A stretch of 64,000 nucleotides of DNA from Alphaproteobacteria bacterium (GTDB lineage Bacteria > Pseudomonadota > Alphaproteobacteria > SP197), in the NCBI GenBank assembly GCA_965228895.1, contig OZ245842.1:4960001-5024000 (forward strand). The letters are read 5' to 3'. Every line of letters starts with the position of its first letter. The first letter of the stretch is position 1. Shown in pieces: positions 39,797 to 50,528 of this stretch. The notes below the pieces were generated by a model. That model was given only the letters and a program-made list of their open reading frames with translations. It was not told the origin of the DNA and ran no database searches. A program made the translations under genes and the position numbers.

Positions 39797-40938
39797 CCGG
39801 CCACGTCACTCTTTGGGTGCAGCATCTGCTCGGTACCGGTCACCTGCGCCGCTGCGCCGCCATTGCCAAGGCGACGGCGGACAAGGGACTGGAGGTGACC
39901 GTGCTCTCCGGCGGCATGCCGGTACCGCATCTGGATGTCGGCACTGCCCGGCTGGTGCAGCTGAGCCCGCTGCGCGCGGTCGACGAAACCTTCTCCGGTC
40001 TCGCTCTTGCTTCCGGCGATGCCGCGACCCCGGACGATCTGGACCGCCGCCGCACTGAAGCGCTGGCGGCCTTGGCGGCGGCCGGGCCCGATCTCCTGAT
40101 TACGGAAACCTTTCCGTTTGGTCGGCGCCAACTACGCGATGAAGCGCTGGCCCTCATCAAACATGCACGCGAAAACGGCGCCACAACGGCCGTGTCGGTG
40201 CGCGATATCCTGCAACGCCAGACCAAGGCCGGGCGCTATGAGGAGATGCTGGCGCTGGCGCTGGAACATGCCGACCACGTCATGGTGCACGGCGATCCAA
40301 GCCTGGTGCCCTTCGATTTGACGTTTCCCCTGGCCGCACAGCTCGGCGAACGCCTCGACTACACCGGTTACATCGCCGGTAAGGCCGCGCGGCGGCAGAC
40401 GGATGGGCCAGGCGACGGCGAGATCGTCGTCTCGGTCGGCGGCGGCGCGACCGGCGCTCCGCTGCTGGCCGCCGCGCTTGATGCCAGGGCCGCCGCCAAG
40501 GCGGCAGGCGATCGGGTGTGGCGGCTTCTGGTCGGCCACGATCTGGCCGCCGGTGCCTTGGCGCCCCGCCTTGCCGATCCACCGCCCGGCGTCATCGTTG
40601 AGGCAGCCCGGCCCGACTTCGCCGCGCTCTTGGCCAACTGCGCTGTCTCCGTCTCCCAGGCGGGCTATAATACGGTCGTCGACATCTTGGCCGCCGGAGC
40701 GCGCTCGGTCCTCGTACCCTTCGCGCGCGGCGGCGAAACCGAACAACGGGACCGGGCAGAACGGCTTGCCGATCTGGGAGTGGCCATCATGGTTGAAGAA
40801 ACGGCGCTGTCGCCGGAACGGTTGGCTGCGGCGGTTGATGCCGCGCTCGGCAACGCGCCACCCGACCCTGCCAAATTCGACCTGGATGGCGCTGCAAGAA
40901 GCGCTTCGCTGATAGACGCTTGGACCCGCCGTGGCTGA
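39793..40938 (+). CDS. GT-B glycosyltransferase (GT28 C-terminal-like)
   Basis: VQHLLGTGHLRR, ETFPFGRR, SVRDIL, SVGGG, SQAGYNTV, ETEQ..RA. Confidence 0.85.
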   Translation: MTGHVTLWVQHLLGTGHLRRCAAIAKATADKGLEVTVLSGGMPVPHLDVGTARLVQLSPLRAVDETFSGLALASGDAATPDDLDRRRTEALAALAAAGPDLLITETFPFGRRQLRDEALALIKHARENGATTAVSVRDILQRQTKAGRYEEMLALALEHADHVMVHGDPSLVPFDLTFPLAAQLGERLDYTGYIAGKAARRQTDGPGDGEIVVSVGGGATGAPLLAAALDARAAAKAAGDRVWRLLVGHDLAAGALAPRLADPPPGVIVEAARPDFAALLANCAVSVSQAGYNTVVDILAAGARSVLVPFARGGETEQRDRAERLADLGVAIMVEETALSPERLAAAVDAALGNAPPDPAKFDLDGAARSASLIDAWTRRG

Positions 40939-41695
40939 GTGGAACGACCTGACCGACGAGCTCGACCGATGGCGCCAGTCCGGACGCCGCGCGACGTTCT
41001 GGTGGCGCGACGACGATGCCGGTCCCGACGACGGCAAACTCCAGGCCTTTTTGGATCAGCGACGTCACCTCGATGCGCCCCTGGCGCTTGCCACCGTGCC
41101 GGCCTGGCTTACCGCACCGACAACCCGACAGATTCTGGCCGACCGGGGCACCAGCGTGCTGCAGCATGGCTGGGCACACCGCAATAACGCCGCGCCACCT
41201 GCCAAAAAGACCGAATTGGCCGACGGGGTCCAAAATCTAGAGGACGACCTTAGAAAGGGCCGGGAGACGCTTCAGGCGGCCTTTGACGCGCGGTTTCAGC
41301 CGGTCATGGTGCCACCGTGGAACCGAATCGGGCCGTCGATCAAAGCAAAACTCGCCGGATTAGGGTATAGAGGTCTAAGTACGCACGGTCCGCGTGCAGA
41401 AACGCCAGAATTTGGCGTCCATACGGTCAACGTTCACATCGATATCATCGATTGGCGAACCCGGTCTTTCTGCGGTGATGCCGTGGCGTTGGCGCAAGCC
41501 ATCAGCCATCTTGAGGCCCGCCGAACCGGTCACGCCGATGCCCAGGAGCCGACCGGGCTGATGACCCACCACCGCGACCACGACGCGGCCTGCGAGCGGT
41601 TTGTCGACCGGTTTGTCGCGGCTATCCGAGATCACGACGCCGGCCAGTGGCTCGACGCGCGGAGCCTTTTCGGTGCGCGCCAGGAGGCGGCATGA
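40931..41695 (+). CDS. Polysaccharide deacetylase (CE4-like)
   Basis: WWRDDD, QHGWAH metal motif, VPPWNR, MTHH. Confidence 0.8.
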   Translation: MAEWNDLTDELDRWRQSGRRATFWWRDDDAGPDDGKLQAFLDQRRHLDAPLALATVPAWLTAPTTRQILADRGTSVLQHGWAHRNNAAPPAKKTELADGVQNLEDDLRKGRETLQAAFDARFQPVMVPPWNRIGPSIKAKLAGLGYRGLSTHGPRAETPEFGVHTVNVHIDIIDWRTRSFCGDAVALAQAISHLEARRTGHADAQEPTGLMTHHRDHDAACERFVDRFVAAIRDHDAGQWLDARSLFGARQEAA

Positions 41696-42198
41696 GCGAA
41701 CACCGCTATGAAACCCGCGTCCTGACAGGCGATTACATCCGCTCCAGCGCCGGTGTCCTCTTGACCTGGGGACCATTGTTGATCGTTGAGGCCGCGCCCA
41801 TCATGGTTTACATCCTTGGTGCGCTGGGGGGCGTTTTTGCGGTCTTCGGGATCAGAACCCTGATCCGTCAGATGACCACCATTGAGGTTTCCGAGGACGG
41901 GATCCATGCCAGAGGTCCCGCCGGGAAGGCTGTGTTGTGGGATGACTTGAACAGTATGAAGCTCGCTTACTATTCCACCCGGCGAGATCGGCAACGAGGC
42001 TGGATGCACCTGACCGTCAAGGACGGTGCGAAGAAACTGGGTGTCGATTCTTCGATCAGCGATTTCGACACGATCGCCAGCGCCGCGCTGCGGGCCGCCA
42101 CGGCGCGCCGACTGAGCTTGTCCGACGTCACCCGGTCCAACTTTGAAGCCCTGGGTCTAACGCCCGATCCCCATGGCCTGCCGGATGACCACCTGTGA
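41692..42198 (+). CDS. Hypothetical 2-TM membrane protein with PH-like soluble domain
   Basis: ATGA overlap after GGAGG; two hydrophobic segments, then a beta-rich region; coupled to both neighbours. Confidence 0.7.
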   Translation: MSEHRYETRVLTGDYIRSSAGVLLTWGPLLIVEAAPIMVYILGALGGVFAVFGIRTLIRQMTTIEVSEDGIHARGPAGKAVLWDDLNSMKLAYYSTRRDRQRGWMHLTVKDGAKKLGVDSSISDFDTIASAALRAATARRLSLSDVTRSNFEALGLTPDPHGLPDDHL

Positions 42199-44075
42199 GC
42201 AGCCTGGTCGATATCCGTAATCTGGGCGTCGAGTTCGAAGTCGGCGACGGCCGGGTCAAAGCGGTCCGCGGCGCCAGCTTCACCATCCGGCAGGGACGAA
42301 CCCTGGCGCTGGTCGGCGAGTCCGGATCGGGCAAGACCGTGATCTCCCAGGCGATCATGCGCATCCTGCCGCAGAACGCCCACATCACCCGCGGCCAGAT
42401 CCTGTTCAACGATCCCGACATGGACGGTCAGGTCACCGACATCGCCGCGTTGCCACCCGACGGCAAACGCATGCGCGGCATTCGCGGCGGACGTATCTCG
42501 ATCATTTTCCAGGAGCCGATGACCTCGCTCTCGCCGCTGCACACGGTCGGTGATCAGGTCTCCGAGGCGCTTCACCTTCATCGCAACTGCGATCGCCAGG
42601 AAGGCAAGGAGCTGACCATTTCGATGCTGCGTCTGGTCGGCTTTCCCGACGCCGAGAAAGCCTGGCGCAGCTATCCCTTCGAACTCTCCGGCGGTCTGCG
42701 GCAGCGCGCCATGATCGCCATGGCGCTGGTGTGCCGGCCCGCCCTTCTGGTCGCCGACGAGCCGACCACGGCCTTGGATGTCACCATTCAGGCGCAGATT
42801 CTGAAACTGCTGGACGATCTGCAGGACGAGCTCGGCATGGCGGTGCTGATGATCACCCACGATTTGGGCGTCGTCGCCAACGTCGCCGAAGAGGTGGTCG
42901 TCATGTACCACGGCGAGGTGATGGAGAAGGGCTCGCTGGACGACATCTTCCGCCACGCCGAACATCCCTACCTCAAAGCCCTGTTGCGCGCCGTTCCGCG
43001 TTTCGACATGAAACCGGGCGAGCGTCTGGTGCCGCTGCGCGAGGTCAAACATGCGCATGCCGAGCGCCACCAAAATCGCAGACCCTGGCCGGAGAATGAC
43101 GACCGGCCGCTGCTGAAAGTCAGTCATCTGACCAAGACGTTCAGCATTCGCAAATCGGAATGGCTGGGCGGCAAGAAGGTCGAGCATCTGGCGGTCGACG
43201 ACATCAGTTTCGATGTGCGGCGCGGCGAATGTCTGGGACTGGTCGGCGAGTCCGGTTGCGGCAAGACGACGACCAGCAAGATGATCATGAAGGCGCTGAC
43301 GCCCGACAGCGGTGAGTTGGTCTATAACGACCGGGGCACCGAGATCGACATCCGGACACTCTCCGGTCCCGCGCTGTTCGACTTCAGGCGCGATGTTCAG
43401 TTCATCTTTCAGGACCCCTTCGGATCGCTGAACCCGCGCATGACCGTCATGGACATCATTTCCGAACCGCTGATGATCCATAACGTTTGCAGCGGTCAGG
43501 AGCGCGCCGACCGGGTTATGGAGCTGATGCGGCTTGTCGGTCTGGACGTCCGCCACCTGCGTCGCTACCCACACAGTTTTTCCGGCGGTCAGCGGCAACG
43601 CATCGGCATCGCGCGCGCCCTGGCGCTGGAACCCGACCTCCTGATCTGCGACGAGCCGGTGTCGGCGCTCGACGTATCGATCCAGGCGCAGATCCTGAAT
43701 CTCTTGAAGGATCTGCAGGACGAACTGGGTCTGACCTATCTCTTCATCTCGCACAATCTGGCCGTGATCGATTACATGGCCGATCGCATCGCGGTGATGT
43801 GCGCCGGGCGTCTGGTCGAGCAGGCGGAACGGCGCGAGCTGTTCGAGAACCCCGTCCACCCCTACACCCGCGCGCTTCTGGCCGCCGTGCCGAAACCCGA
43901 CCCCAACCACAAGCTCGACCTGACCGCGCTGATGGCCGGGCGCGCCAGCAACCCGGACGCCTGGCCCGAGCCCTTCACCGTCTCCGCCAACGCCAAGCTC
44001 GACATGATCGATATCGGCAACGGTCACCTGGTGCGCGCCAGTCGCGCGCCGAGCCCCGAGGAGCTTGCCGCGTGA
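42195..44075 (+). CDS. Dpp/Opp-type ABC transporter, double ATP-binding subunit
   Basis: GESGSGKT and [16 protein letters not shown] and [16 protein letters not shown]. Confidence 0.95.
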   Translation: MSSLVDIRNLGVEFEVGDGRVKAVRGASFTIRQGRTLALVGESGSGKTVISQAIMRILPQNAHITRGQILFNDPDMDGQVTDIAALPPDGKRMRGIRGGRISIIFQEPMTSLSPLHTVGDQVSEALHLHRNCDRQEGKELTISMLRLVGFPDAEKAWRSYPFELSGGLRQRAMIAMALVCRPALLVADEPTTALDVTIQAQILKLLDDLQDELGMAVLMITHDLGVVANVAEEVVVMYHGEVMEKGSLDDIFRHAEHPYLKALLRAVPRFDMKPGERLVPLREVKHAHAERHQNRRPWPENDDRPLLKVSHLTKTFSIRKSEWLGGKKVEHLAVDDISFDVRRGECLGLVGESGCGKTTTSKMIMKALTPDSGELVYNDRGTEIDIRTLSGPALFDFRRDVQFIFQDPFGSLNPRMTVMDIISEPLMIHNVCSGQERADRVMELMRLVGLDVRHLRRYPHSFSGGQRQRIGIARALALEPDLLICDEPVSALDVSIQAQILNLLKDLQDELGLTYLFISHNLAVIDYMADRIAVMCAGRLVEQAERRELFENPVHPYTRALLAAVPKPDPNHKLDLTALMAGRASNPDAWPEPFTVSANAKLDMIDIGNGHLVRASRAPSPEELAA

Positions 44076-45979
44076 TCCGCTGCCTGACCGGCCTTGTGGT
44101 CCTTGCATGGCTCGCCGTATCGCCGGCCATGGCAGAAGACCTCATTGAACCGCCCTATTGGGCCGACGCGGTCGCGGCCGGCGAATTGCCGCCGGTCGCC
44201 GAACGGGTCACCGGGTCACCGCTGGTCGTCACCTTGGATGGCGAGCGCACCGTCGGCACCTATGGCAGCGAATGGCAGATGCTGGTCAACCGGGTCAAAG
44301 ACACCCGCCTTCTGGTCGTGTTCGGCTATGCACGCCTGATCGCCTACAACACCGACCTGGACCTGGTGCCCGACATCCTGGAGAGCTATGAGGTTGAGGA
44401 TGGGCGCATCTTTACGTTTCATCTGAGGCCCGACCACCACTGGTCAAACGGCGATCCGTTTACCGCCGAGGATTTTCGTTACTGGTGGGAAGACGTCGCG
44501 ACCCACCCCGATCTATCTCCCTCCGGCCCGCCCAAGCTGATGACCGTCGATGATGAGCTGCCGCGTTTCGAGGTGATCGACGAACTGACGGTCCGTTACA
44601 CGTGGTTGAAGCCCAACCCCGACTTCCTGCCGGCCCTGGCGAGCGCCGCGCCGCTCTTCATCTACCGGCCAGCCGAATACATGAAGCAGTATCACCCCGA
44701 CTACGGCGACATCGACTGGATCAACGCCCAGGTCGAGGAAGCCGGCAAGTCGAGCTGGGCGTCCCTGCATAACGGTGTCGACAATCTCTACAAGTTCGAC
44801 AACCCGGAACTGCCGACCCTGCAGCCGTGGATGATCACCAACGCGGCCCCGGCGCAGCGGTTTATCGGCGTGCGCAATCCGTATTTTCACAAGATCGATC
44901 AGGCCGGGCATCAGTTGCCCTACATCGACCGCATCATCATGAACGTGGTTGACAGCAAGCTGATCCCGCTGAAGACCTGGGCCGGCGAATCCGACCTCCA
45001 GGCGCGCGGCCTGTCGTTCAACGACTATACGTTCCTGAAGGAAGGCGAAGGCCACAACGACTACCAGGTGCGCCTGTGGCGCACGGTGCGCGGCTCACAG
45101 TTGGCGCTCTATCCCAACCTGAACGTCAACGACCCGGTGTGGCGCGACCTGTTGCGCGACGTCCGGTTCCGCCGCGCTTTGTCGCTCGCCATCAACCGCC
45201 ATGAGATCAACCAGGTCATCTATTATGGCCTGGGCATCGAGGGCAACAACACGGTCCTGCCGTTGAGCCCGCTCTATGACGAGAGCTATCGCAGCCAGTG
45301 GGCCCAGTTCGATCTGGACGAGGCGAACCGCCTGCTCGACGAGATCGGCCTGACCGAACGCGACAGCCAGGGATATCGTCTGATGCCGGACGGACGGCGG
45401 CTGCAGATCATTGTCGAGACCGCCGGCGAAGATCCGCAGGAGTCGGACATTCTCGAGCTGATCCACGACAGTTGGCGCGACGCCGGCATCAAGCTCTTCA
45501 CCAAGCCGATGCAGCGCGAAGTCTTGCGCAACCGCGTCTTCGCCGGCGAGACCGTGATGTCGATCTGGTTCGGCCTGGAGAACGGCGTGCCGACGCCGGA
45601 GATGACGCCAGCGGAATTCGCGCCGACCAGCCAACAACTCCTGCAGTGGCCAAAGTGGGGTCAGTTTTACGAGACGTCGGGCGCCAGCGGCGAGCCGATC
45701 GACATGGCCGATGCCGAGCGGCTGATGGAACTGGCGCACGATTGGCAAAGTGCCGGCAGCGAGGCCGAACAAGAGCAGATCTGGGAAGAGATCTTGCAGA
45801 CCTACGCCGACGGTGTTTACTCGATCGGTTTGATCGCCGGCATCTTTCAGCCAGTCGTCGTTTCCGATCGTCTGCACAATGTGCCCGAGGAAGCCATGTT
45901 CAATTGGGATCCGGGCAGTCAGTTCGGCATCTACGAACCCGAGACCTTCTGGTTCACCGACGGTAGCAACGGGCGGTAG
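44072..45979 (+). CDS. Family-5 ABC substrate-binding protein (peptide/oligosaccharide type)
   Basis: Signal peptide, GELPPVAERV, FHLR..H.WSNGDPFTAED, NPYFHKID.AG.QLPYIDR, FRRALSLAINR. Confidence 0.92.
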   Translation: MIRCLTGLVVLAWLAVSPAMAEDLIEPPYWADAVAAGELPPVAERVTGSPLVVTLDGERTVGTYGSEWQMLVNRVKDTRLLVVFGYARLIAYNTDLDLVPDILESYEVEDGRIFTFHLRPDHHWSNGDPFTAEDFRYWWEDVATHPDLSPSGPPKLMTVDDELPRFEVIDELTVRYTWLKPNPDFLPALASAAPLFIYRPAEYMKQYHPDYGDIDWINAQVEEAGKSSWASLHNGVDNLYKFDNPELPTLQPWMITNAAPAQRFIGVRNPYFHKIDQAGHQLPYIDRIIMNVVDSKLIPLKTWAGESDLQARGLSFNDYTFLKEGEGHNDYQVRLWRTVRGSQLALYPNLNVNDPVWRDLLRDVRFRRALSLAINRHEINQVIYYGLGIEGNNTVLPLSPLYDESYRSQWAQFDLDEANRLLDEIGLTERDSQGYRLMPDGRRLQIIVETAGEDPQESDILELIHDSWRDAGIKLFTKPMQREVLRNRVFAGETVMSIWFGLENGVPTPEMTPAEFAPTSQQLLQWPKWGQFYETSGASGEPIDMADAERLMELAHDWQSAGSEAEQEQIWEEILQTYADGVYSIGLIAGIFQPVVVSDRLHNVPEEAMFNWDPGSQFGIYEPETFWFTDGSNGR

Positions 45980-45984
45980 CGGGC

Positions 45985-46983
45985 ATGATCAACTACATCG
46001 CCCAGCGCCTGTTGATCATGGTGCCGACCTTGATCGGCATCAGCCTGATCACCTTCATCATCATCCAGCTGCCGCCGGGCGACTTTCTGTCGACCATGAT
46101 CGCCGAGTGCGAGGCCCAGGGCGAAAGCTCGTGCGCCGATCAGATCGAGATCTATCGCCAGGAGTTCGGCCTCGATAAGCCGGTCTGGCAGCAATACCTG
46201 TTCTGGGTCGGCGGCTTGCTGCAGGGCGATCTTGGCCTGAGCTTCGAATACAACAAGCCGGTCAATCAGGTGATCGGTGAAAGCCTGCTACTCACGATCA
46301 TCGTGTCGGCGGCGACCATCGTCTTCACGTGGGTTGTCGCCTTTCCCATCGGCGTCTATTCGGCCACCCACCAGTACTCCTGGGGCGATCACGGCCTGAC
46401 CTTTATCGGTTTTCTGGGTCTGGCAACGCCGAACTTCCTGTTGGCGCTGGTCCTGCTGTTCCTGGCCAATGTCTGGTTCGGCACGTCGATCGGCGGCCTG
46501 ATGGATCCGGAATATCTCGACCAGCCGTGGAGCTGGGCCAAGTTCCTCTCTGTCCTCGAACACCTATGGATCCCGGTGGTCGTGATCGGCACGTCCGGCA
46601 CCGCCGGCCTGATCCGGCGCCTGCGCGCCAATCTGCTGGACGAGTTGCAGAAACAATATGTCGTCACCGCGCGCGCCAAGGGCCTGTCGCCGGGCAGGGC
46701 GCTCATGAAGTATCCGCTGCGCATGGCGCTCAACCCGTTCATCGCCGACATCGGCAACCTCTTGCCCCAGGTCATCTCCGGCGCCGTCATCGTCTCGGTC
46801 GTGTTGTCGCTGCCGACCACGGGCCCGATCCTGCTGCGCGCGCTGCAGACCCAGGACATGTACCTCGCCGGCTCGTTCCTGATGTGCCTGGCGCTGTTGA
46901 CCGTGATCGGCGTCTTGATTTCCGATCTTCTGCTCGCCGTGCTCGATCCACGCATTCGGCTGGCTTCGGGGGCCGGTCACTGA
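45985..46983 (+). CDS. ABC permease (DppB/OppB-like)
   Basis: FGLDKP, GDLGLS, YVVTARAKGL (EAA-like), SDLLLAVLDPRIR. Confidence 0.93.
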   Translation: MINYIAQRLLIMVPTLIGISLITFIIIQLPPGDFLSTMIAECEAQGESSCADQIEIYRQEFGLDKPVWQQYLFWVGGLLQGDLGLSFEYNKPVNQVIGESLLLTIIVSAATIVFTWVVAFPIGVYSATHQYSWGDHGLTFIGFLGLATPNFLLALVLLFLANVWFGTSIGGLMDPEYLDQPWSWAKFLSVLEHLWIPVVVIGTSGTAGLIRRLRANLLDELQKQYVVTARAKGLSPGRALMKYPLRMALNPFIADIGNLLPQVISGAVIVSVVLSLPTTGPILLRALQTQDMYLAGSFLMCLALLTVIGVLISDLLLAVLDPRIRLASGAGH

Positions 46984-48158
46984 TGAGCGACACCACCCGC
47001 AAGGACGACGATACGATCGAACGTTTCGTCTCCGACAAACCCTTCGATCCCTATTCCGTCGAGCAGCTGACGCCCGAACAGGAACGCTTCTACATGGCGT
47101 CCCAGTGGAAGCTGATGTGGTGGAAGTTCCGGCGCCACCAGATCGCCGTGATTTCAGGCGTGCTGCTGCTGCTGACCTTCTTCTCGATCCTGATCTCGGA
47201 GATCCTGGCGCCCTACAATCTCGCCACCCGCCACACCGACTTCATCTACGCGCCGCCCCAGGCGGTCCACTTTTTCCATGACGGATCGTTCGTTGGCCCG
47301 TTTGTCTACGGCCTCAACTACGAACTCGACATGGACACCCTGCAGCGGGTCTATACGTCGAACACCCAGGACGTGCAGCCGATCCGCTTTTTCTGTCTGG
47401 GCGATGAGTATGAGTTCTGGGGCGCAGTTCCCATGCGCTTCCACATCGTATGCCCGGCCGAGGACGGCCAGATGTTCCTGTTGGGCACCGACCGGCTGGG
47501 CCGCGACATGCTGTCGCGCATCATCTATGGCGCGCGTATCTCGCTCACCGTCGGCCTGATCGGCATCACCATCAGCTTCGTGCTGGGCATCATCCTGGGC
47601 GGCCTGTCGGGTTACTACGGCGGCTGGATCGACACGCTGGTCCAGCGCCTGATCGAGATCATCCGCAGTTTCCCGGAACTGCCGCTATGGATGGCGCTGT
47701 CGGCGGCCTTGCCGGTGACCTGGAGTCCGCTGCTGATCTATTTCGGTATCACCATCATTCTGGGCCTGTTCGACTGGACCGGGTTGGCGCGCGCGGTGCG
47801 CTCAAAGCTCCTGTCGTTGCGCGAGGAGGATTTCGCGACCGCGGCCGTCTTGATGGGCGCGACGCCCAAGCGCGTCATCTTCCGCCACCTGTTGCCCAGC
47901 TTCACCAGTCATCTGATTGCCAGCGCCACCTTGTCGATCCCGGCCATGATCCTGGGCGAGACGGCGCTGTCGTTCCTGGGGCTCGGCCTGCGCCCGCCAA
48001 TCACCAGTTGGGGCGTGCTGCTGAACGAGGCGCAGAACATCAACGTCGTCGCGCTCTATCCCTGGCTGATGCTGCCCGTGGTGCCGGTCATCATCGTGGT
48101 GCTCGCCTTCAACTTTCTGGGCGACGGCCTGCGCGACGCCGCCGATCCCTACAAATAG
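46983..48158 (+). CDS. ABC permease (DppC/OppC-like)
   Basis: LGTDRLGRDMLSRIIYGARISL, ETALSFLGLG, FNFLGDGLRDAADP. Confidence 0.93.
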   Translation: MSDTTRKDDDTIERFVSDKPFDPYSVEQLTPEQERFYMASQWKLMWWKFRRHQIAVISGVLLLLTFFSILISEILAPYNLATRHTDFIYAPPQAVHFFHDGSFVGPFVYGLNYELDMDTLQRVYTSNTQDVQPIRFFCLGDEYEFWGAVPMRFHIVCPAEDGQMFLLGTDRLGRDMLSRIIYGARISLTVGLIGITISFVLGIILGGLSGYYGGWIDTLVQRLIEIIRSFPELPLWMALSAALPVTWSPLLIYFGITIILGLFDWTGLARAVRSKLLSLREEDFATAAVLMGATPKRVIFRHLLPSFTSHLIASATLSIPAMILGETALSFLGLGLRPPITSWGVLLNEAQNINVVALYPWLMLPVVPVIIVVLAFNFLGDGLRDAADPYK

Positions 48159-48233
48159 GGCCCGCCTCGCGTCCCGGCTCAAGGCCCGGGTGCAGCGGTG
48201 TGTCTGTTATGAAGCGCGCGCGATTGCCGCTGT

Positions 48234-48554
48234 CTAGCGCATCTTCCAGACGGCGAGGACGGCGAAGATCAAAAGCGCGATCGGCCAGTGGTAGAAGGCA
48301 AGGCCGCCCTCCATGACGCCGAGCGCCAGCATGGAACCGATCGGCAGGAAGAAACACCCGGCCCACCCGCCATAATCGGCCAGCCACTGGTTGAAGACTT
48401 CCAGGCTGGCGCGGGTAAAACCACGGGGCAAGCCGGCCGGTATCGGCAAACGTGCGCGGAAAAACAGCATCCAAACGCTGCCGGCGATCATGGCGACGGA
48501 CAACGCGAAGACGTGCCCCGCCCCGGTGGTGAAAAAGTCGATCATGGGGACCAT
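48234..48554 (-). CDS. Small hypothetical membrane protein
   Basis: Three hydrophobic segments; start uncertain (48545 or 48554). Confidence 0.5.
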   Translation of the reverse strand: MVPMIDFFTTGAGHVFALSVAMIAGSVWMLFFRARLPIPAGLPRGFTRASLEVFNQWLADYGGWAGCFFLPIGSMLALGVMEGGLAFYHWPIALLIFAVLAVWKMR

Positions 48555-48768
48555 TTTGGCCCAAAAAGCAGTCTTTTCAAGCCGGCGGCGGTGGCGCAGA
48601 CGCTTGGTAACGATCACATCTGTGTTGGCATCCTGGCCTTCCCCGGCCTGAATCGCTTCTCGACAACCCCGATTCCGGACCCGAACTTGTCCGCCGCCGC
48701 CACCGCCAACGGCACGCCCAACGTCCAACGTTGGCGCCTAAGAGGCCGATCAATGCAAAGGAGCACCC

Positions 48769-49329
48769 ATGTCGCTAACCAACCTCCTCGTGCCGACCTA
48801 TGGAAACATGCTGCAGGCGTTGTCGGGCTGGCTGGACAAGGCAGAGCAGCAGGCCGCCGAGCCGGAAGCGCTGCTCGCCGCGCGGCTTACGTCCGATATG
48901 TTCCCGCTGTCATCGCAGATTCGCTTCGTTTGCCTACAAGCCCAGGAAGCGACGTTTCGGCTTCAAGGTGAGCCACTACCAGACGGCTTGGAGCAGTTGG
49001 CGCGCGAGGGTCAGAAGGCCGGCGAGCATCCAGGCTCGATGGCGGACGCCCAGGGGCGGATCAGCGGCGCTCTCTCGTTTCTGGGCGGTCTTGGACCGGA
49101 CGCGCTCGATGCCGGCGCGCAACGTTCGATCACCCTTGACCTTCCGAACGGCATGACTTTTGACATGACGGGTGAGGAATATGCCCGGGACTGGGCGCTA
49201 CCCCAGTTCTACTTCCACCTGGTTACCGCCTACGCCATCCTTCGAAGCCATTCGATTGAGCTGGGGAAAGCGGATTACGTCCAGCACATGTTCGCCTATC
49301 TCAGGCCCGGATCGATGCCGGAAAGCTAA
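48769..49329 (+). CDS. DUF1993 (DinB-like) protein
   Basis: LLAARL..DMFPL..QI, ALPQFYFHLVTAYAILR..GKADY. Confidence 0.88.
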   Translation: MSLTNLLVPTYGNMLQALSGWLDKAEQQAAEPEALLAARLTSDMFPLSSQIRFVCLQAQEATFRLQGEPLPDGLEQLAREGQKAGEHPGSMADAQGRISGALSFLGGLGPDALDAGAQRSITLDLPNGMTFDMTGEEYARDWALPQFYFHLVTAYAILRSHSIELGKADYVQHMFAYLRPGSMPES

Positions 49330-49337
49330 GCGACACA

Positions 49338-49661
49338 TCAGCGTGTTCGCCACGCCACCACGACGGGAATCACAACGAAACCGGCAAAAAAAGCGGCCGC
49401 ACCCAGGCCGAGCTCCCAGTACGTCAGCACGTAGGACATGATGAGGTAGCCGAGAATCACCAGGCTGATACCCAGGACCGTCAGCCCATCGAGCTCATCG
49501 TTGCGTTGTCGAACCTTTTGCGCCCTGGCGGGCGGCATTCCCGGCCATGTCGGCTGGGGGCTTGGCTTGACGGCCAGTGTGCGGCGCAAACAGACCAAGA
49601 CACCGGCCCACAAGGCAAGCAAGCCGAGAAGGAATACCGAGGTGATGTCGCCGCCGGGCAT
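49338..49661 (-). CDS. Small hypothetical membrane protein
   Basis: Three hydrophobic segments; starts 9 bp after the SDR stop. Confidence 0.55.
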   Translation of the reverse strand: MPGGDITSVFLLGLLALWAGVLVCLRRTLAVKPSPQPTWPGMPPARAQKVRQRNDELDGLTVLGISLVILGYLIMSYVLTYWELGLGAAAFFAGFVVIPVVVAWRTR

Positions 49662-49670
49662 GTCGTTACC

Positions 49671-50483
49671 CTAGACCGGCTGCGAATAGGCGTCGCGCGC
49701 GACATCCTCGAGCAGCGGCATCGAGGGGTAATCCAGGATCATCAGCCCGCCGTCGACGATCAGGGTCTGGCCGGTGATGAAGCTTGCCTCGTCGGATGCC
49801 AGGAACAGCACGGCGGCGGCGATCTCCTGGGGCGTACCCATGCGGTTCATCAGCGATGGCGGCATCGCCCAACTGCCGTCCGACGAGCCGGAGGGCGGGG
49901 CCGCCGCATCGTTCTCGGTGGCAATCCAGCCCGGGCTGACGCCGTTCACGCGCACGCCCATGGGCCCGCCCTCGGCGGCGAAGGAACGCGTCAGACCCTC
50001 CACCGCCGCCTTGGCGATGCCGTAGAGCCCCCAGTTGCCGTGCCAGGTCGCGGTCGAGGAAATGTTGACCATGGCGCCTTTGGTCTTGGCCAGATGCGGC
50101 AGCGCATAGGCCGAGACGAAATAAGGCGCATCGAGGTTCGGGCCACGCAGCTTGTCCCAACGCACACCCGGCCCGTCCGCATCCCGAACACCGGCACGCC
50201 GGCCACCGACACCCGCGTTGTTGATGACGACGTCGATCCGGCCGTAATCGGCGACAACCCGGTCGATCAGACCAGCGACGGCGTCCTCATCTGCCAGTTC
50301 GACGGGATAGAAGCCACCGTCGCCGCCGCGCTCTTTGATCTCGGCCTCGACATTGGCGCCCTTCGCCTTGTCACGGCCGACGAACGGCACCCGGGCGCGC
50401 TCTTCGATCAGCCGGTGCACCATGCCCCGGCCGATGCCGGAATTGCCGCCGGTGACCAACACCACCTTGTCCTTGAAACGCAT
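49671..50483 (-). CDS. Short-chain dehydrogenase/reductase
   Basis: TGGNSGIG, NNAG, YGIAK (YxxxK), RVNGVSPG, TGQTLIVDGG. Confidence 0.93.
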   Translation of the reverse strand: MRFKDKVVLVTGGNSGIGRGMVHRLIEERARVPFVGRDKAKGANVEAEIKERGGDGGFYPVELADEDAVAGLIDRVVADYGRIDVVINNAGVGGRRAGVRDADGPGVRWDKLRGPNLDAPYFVSAYALPHLAKTKGAMVNISSTATWHGNWGLYGIAKAAVEGLTRSFAAEGGPMGVRVNGVSPGWIATENDAAAPPSGSSDGSWAMPPSLMNRMGTPQEIAAAVLFLASDEASFITGQTLIVDGGLMILDYPSMPLLEDVARDAYSQPV

Positions 50484-50528
50484 AGCCCCTGCCCTCGTGC
50501 CGTAAGCGGTTGGGTACGAGGAACCAGC

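Noticed and set aside
43487-44071. N-terminal extensions of ORF-track calls (also 46329, 28709, 26330, 15519, 11827)
   Set aside because: They overlap upstream genes or lack family similarity; downstream starts with an RBS or coupled stop/start were used
41970-44108. 712-aa minus-strand ORF
   Set aside because: Antisense shadow of the ABC ATPase
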